NCBI GenBank assembly: GCA_030612025.1
Contig: JAUWOR010000014.1
Span: forward strand, 1-19,015
Direction: 5' to 3'
From: Dehalococcoidia bacterium
GTDB lineage: Bacteria; Chloroflexota; Dehalococcoidia; GIF9; AB-539-J10
Length of the DNA stretch: 19,015 bases
A program made the position numbers and the translations under genes. Position 1 is the stretch's first letter, and each line of letters begins with the position of its first letter. Shown in pieces: positions 16,553 to 19,015 of the stretch. Under the pieces are notes generated by a model that saw nothing but the letters and a program-made list of their open reading frames with translations, had not been told where the DNA came from and did no database searches.

Positions 16553-16617
16553 TGTCATTCTGAGCGTAGCGAAGAATCTCCGAGGTTTTTAGACCCTTCG
16601 CTTCGCTCAGGGTGACA
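16553..16617. repeat. Full-length REP-like palindromic element, subtype B, between sepS and pscS
   Basis: TGTCATTCTGAGCGTAGCGAAGAATCT...AGACCCTTCGCTTCGCTCAGGGTGACA forms a long imperfect hairpin. Confidence 0.88.
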
Positions 16618-16625
16618 AAAGGAAG

Positions 16626-18143
16626 CTAACACTCTCTTATGGGCTGCGCCTTTATGGTTACAAATACAGCACCACTAACCCCTATCTTCTTCTGCTGCCC
16701 TTCGATATACTCCCGTATAGCTTCTGGAATTTGCAGATTGAGGTCAGAGAGATGCTTTATTGTTTTCACCTGGTAGGTTAAGCTTTCGTCGCTGCTTTCT
16801 ATTAAAGCTGCTGCTCCCATTGCTATAGCACGCATGTAATTTATGCCTGTGTATGTTCCTGAGGGGATAACATCGCTATAAATGTTGCCATTGGCTACGC
16901 AAATCTCGTTAAAACCAGCAGGGCCAATCAGCCTCTTGCCTGCTTCTTTTTCCACGACTTTTACCTGTATGGAGTCATCCTCCCAGGCCAAAAATTCACA
17001 TGGGGCAATCTCATCTTTACACTTTTGGGCCGTTTCCTCGATTGCCTTGGCTATCTTTTTCCCTCTGGCAGTCTTGGGACTTGTTATATAGGTAATGGCC
17101 CCGGCTATATCGTCATCCGCATATTCAGCTACAGAAAATTGAGGATATGCCAGTTTCCTCATATCATCTACTTCGTATAGAATCATCGCTAGTCGCTCAA
17201 TTCCCAAGCCAGCATTAAATACCGGATACCTAATGTCAAAGTTCGCCAAGGATATTGGAGAGTACATGCCAATATCAGCAACTTCAAGCCAATCCCCTTT
17301 GTAGTTAATGAAAACCTCTTGCTCCTGGCCGGGCGCATAATACTTAGATGTTGCTGTCTTTGTCTCAAATTTGATATCTACAAAGCCATATTGCTGTATG
17401 ATGTCTTTGGTTATTTCCCTCCCGGCATCCAAGGACACTTCGGGGGCCATCACTACGACCGATGCTGAATGATGAACACGTAGATGGTGAGCATCTTCCC
17501 TTTGCTCATTGCGATATCGAGGCCCTACCGAAAATAAGGCCAGTGGAAATTCAGCTTTGTCCTGCAACGCTGCTAAAGTGTGAAACCATGTAGCTGTCAT
17601 ATGGCTTCTTAGAGTCTTATTAGAAGGTAACGGTCGTAGCTTTCTTAGCTCAGGAAAAACCTTGTCTAGAAGCCCTGTAGCTTGTTTATCAGTGATATCC
17701 AGTCCAGCAATGAGTTCCTCAATGAGGTTATCGGCCTCGATTTCCCCCTTCTTATACCTTCTAAGAATTGACCTCAATTTCTCAGTTTCAATTTCTCCTG
17801 CTATCTCCTTTATTTGAGCTATTTTTTGGGCGCTCAACCCAATCTCAGGGCGAGGTAATTCAGCCAAATAAAAAACTCTGTCAAGGATAACTCGAGCCTC
17901 TGGGCCATACTGTTTAGAGACATCGTAATCGGGCAAAATTGTAGGATTCTCAACTTCATCAAAGCCAAGATTTAACAGGATTTCCCTCGATTGTTGAATC
18001 AATTGGCGCACAAGATGAGGTTTCCCTTTCCTTTCTAGAGAGATTTTGGTACCCTTTGGAATAAGTTTTCCTGTTGATACCCAAGCCTCGGTAAAATTCT
18101 TTTTTGCTTGCGACTTTATTTCGTTTAAATCAAACCTTGCCAT
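16626..18143 (-). CDS. sepS: O-phosphoseryl-tRNA(Cys) synthetase (SepRS, class II)
   Basis: GKPHLV, QYGPEA..ILDRVFYLA.LPRP, TLRSHMT..WF, EQRED..HL..HSAS, SKYY, GMYSP.SLA, VFNAGLGIERLAMIL and EKE...LIGPA. Adjacent to pscS. Confidence 0.95.
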   Translation of the reverse strand: MARFDLNEIKSQAKKNFTEAWVSTGKLIPKGTKISLERKGKPHLVRQLIQQSREILLNLGFDEVENPTILPDYDVSKQYGPEARVILDRVFYLAELPRPEIGLSAQKIAQIKEIAGEIETEKLRSILRRYKKGEIEADNLIEELIAGLDITDKQATGLLDKVFPELRKLRPLPSNKTLRSHMTATWFHTLAALQDKAEFPLALFSVGPRYRNEQREDAHHLRVHHSASVVVMAPEVSLDAGREITKDIIQQYGFVDIKFETKTATSKYYAPGQEQEVFINYKGDWLEVADIGMYSPISLANFDIRYPVFNAGLGIERLAMILYEVDDMRKLAYPQFSVAEYADDDIAGAITYITSPKTARGKKIAKAIEETAQKCKDEIAPCEFLAWEDDSIQVKVVEKEAGKRLIGPAGFNEICVANGNIYSDVIPSGTYTGINYMRAIAMGAAALIESSDESLTYQVKTIKHLSDLNLQIPEAIREYIEGQQKKIGVSGAVFVTIKAQPIREC

Positions 18144-18160
18144 GTTCAGGCTTCCACTTT

Positions 18161-18190
18161 ACTATAAATACTATCCCTTATTGTTTGCAA
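18161..18190 (-). promoter_or_regulatory. Possible sigma70 promoter for sepS-pscS
   Basis: Minus strand TTGCAA-N18-TATAGT, 17 nt upstream of the sepS ATG. Confidence 0.4.
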
Positions 18191-18221
18191 CCAACCGGAC
18201 TTTGCTTCTCCCTAACTAGAA

Positions 18222-18737
18222 CTAGCCCTTTTTCAGCTTGCTGATGCATTGTACTAGGTATTGCCTCAATATACTTAACGCTGCCTCGGTAACCTCTCTC
18301 TTGTTTTCCTCTCGATTTCCCCGAAAGATATATTTTTGGCTCAGGCTACCGTCTTTAGCTGCTATGCCAATGTGAAATAGCCCCACAGGTTTCTCAGAGC
18401 TACCACCTGAAGGTCCAGCGATCCCAGTATTAGAAACACATATATCTACATCTAATAGCCTTCTACCACCTTCAGTCATCTCTATGGCTGTTTGCGAACT
18501 AACCGCCCCATAATTTTCTATAGTTTCCTTTCTCACTCCGAGAACATTGATTTTTACCTCATTGCTATATGCTACCAAAGAGCCTTTAAAATAGTCGGAA
18601 CTACCGGGCACGTTGGTTAACCTATCAGCTATCCTGCCACCAGTAGCTGACTCGGCTGTACCAATGGTAACTAACTTTCCTGTTCTGGCTTGGCATTCTT
18701 TTATCAGGTCTGCAATCTCTATTTCCGGTTTTTTCAT
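18222..18737 (-). CDS. pncC: CinA C-terminal domain protein / nicotinamide mononucleotide deamidase
   Basis: TAESATGG, VPGSSDYF.G..VAYSNEVK, GAVS, TGIAGPSGG..EKPVG and F.GNRE. Confidence 0.9.
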   Translation of the reverse strand: MKKPEIEIADLIKECQARTGKLVTIGTAESATGGRIADRLTNVPGSSDYFKGSLVAYSNEVKINVLGVRKETIENYGAVSSQTAIEMTEGGRRLLDVDICVSNTGIAGPSGGSSEKPVGLFHIGIAAKDGSLSQKYIFRGNREENKREVTEAALSILRQYLVQCISKLKKG

Positions 18738-18804
18738 ATGCCACCTACTACTTAAGAACCTTGGCTTATTTTAACACAGTTACACAATAGAGCCTGAGTT
18801 TTCC

Positions 18805-18813
18805 TGCTATAAT
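18805..18813 (+). promoter_or_regulatory. Extended -10 promoter of the MBL-fold gene
   Basis: TGCTATAAT, 11 nt upstream of ATG 18825; no SD. Confidence 0.55.
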
Positions 18814-18824
18814 TTGGCCTACAA

Positions 18825-19015
18825 ATGGCTGAATTATCTGATGTGATAACTTTTCTTGGCACTGCCGGCGCTAGATTTGTAGTTACCCGCCAATTTCTAG
18901 CTTCCGGCGGTGCCTGGCTTAGCCTTGGCAACACTCAAATACTTCTCGATCCCGGCCCTGGCAGTTTAGTTCAAGCTGCTAAGAGAAAACTTGACCCCTC
19001 TAAGCTAGAAGCTAT
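18825..19015 (+). CDS. Metallo-beta-lactamase-fold hydrolase, N-terminal part (runs off the window; not in the ORF track)
   Basis: Manual translation MAELSDVITFLGTAGARFVVTRQFLASGGAWLSLGNTQILLDPGPGSLVQAAKRKLDPSKLEA. ITFLGT.G and LDPGPG are typical MBL N-terminal motifs; the HxHxDH motif would lie just past the edge. Confidence 0.82.
   Translation, partial: MAELSDVITFLGTAGARFVVTRQFLASGGAWLSLGNTQILLDPGPGSLVQAAKRKLDPSKLEA

Noticed and set aside
5333-16617. CRISPR array formed by the ~34-nt palindromic repeats
   Set aside because: Copies are dispersed over kilobases with no regular spacers and no cas genes.
16626-18143. Phenylalanyl-tRNA synthetase alpha subunit
   Set aside because: It has SepRS-specific motifs (LRSHMT, EQRED, SKYY), an adjacent SepCysS and no pheT.
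292-18934. Opposite-strand or alternative-frame ORFs in the track (e.g. 292-498, 1282-1626, 2225-2650, 6034-6393, 11912-12544, 13839-14339, 16194-16592, 18752-18934)
   Set aside because: They shadow well-supported genes and have no family motifs; 18752-18934 is antisense to the MBL-fold gene.

Overview
Bacterial chromosomal window with moderate-to-low GC. Gene content and order suggest an anaerobic Chloroflexota (Dehalococcoidia-like) genome, which is inference. Left to right: the 3' end of otsB; a hicB-hicA toxin-antitoxin pair; a ~300-nt ORF-free structured spacer; an AhpD/CMD gene; a truncated, diverged second copy of hisB; a phasin-like + ABC1/UbiB kinase cassette; the minus-strand hisZ-hisG(tandem)-hisD-hisC-hisB operon; an nfeD/short nfeD/stomatin operon; pyrD and rimI (divergent); an archaeal-type sepS-pscS pair for tRNA-dependent cysteine synthesis; pncC; and the 5' part of an MBL-fold hydrolase. 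The highlights are: (1) an intact SepRS/SepCysS system in a bacterial context, which is rare but already reported in some uncultured bacteria; (2) a TGTCA-tagged palindromic repeat family that occurs between genes and has also inserted in-frame into hisC and hisG; (3) a single-chain tandem HisG whose halves have lost complementary motifs; (4) a cassette flanked by diverged hisB 3' copies; (5) a candidate structured ncRNA. No tRNA, rRNA, CRISPR array, integrase or transposase was seen. All calls come from motif recognition by eye, with no database searches.
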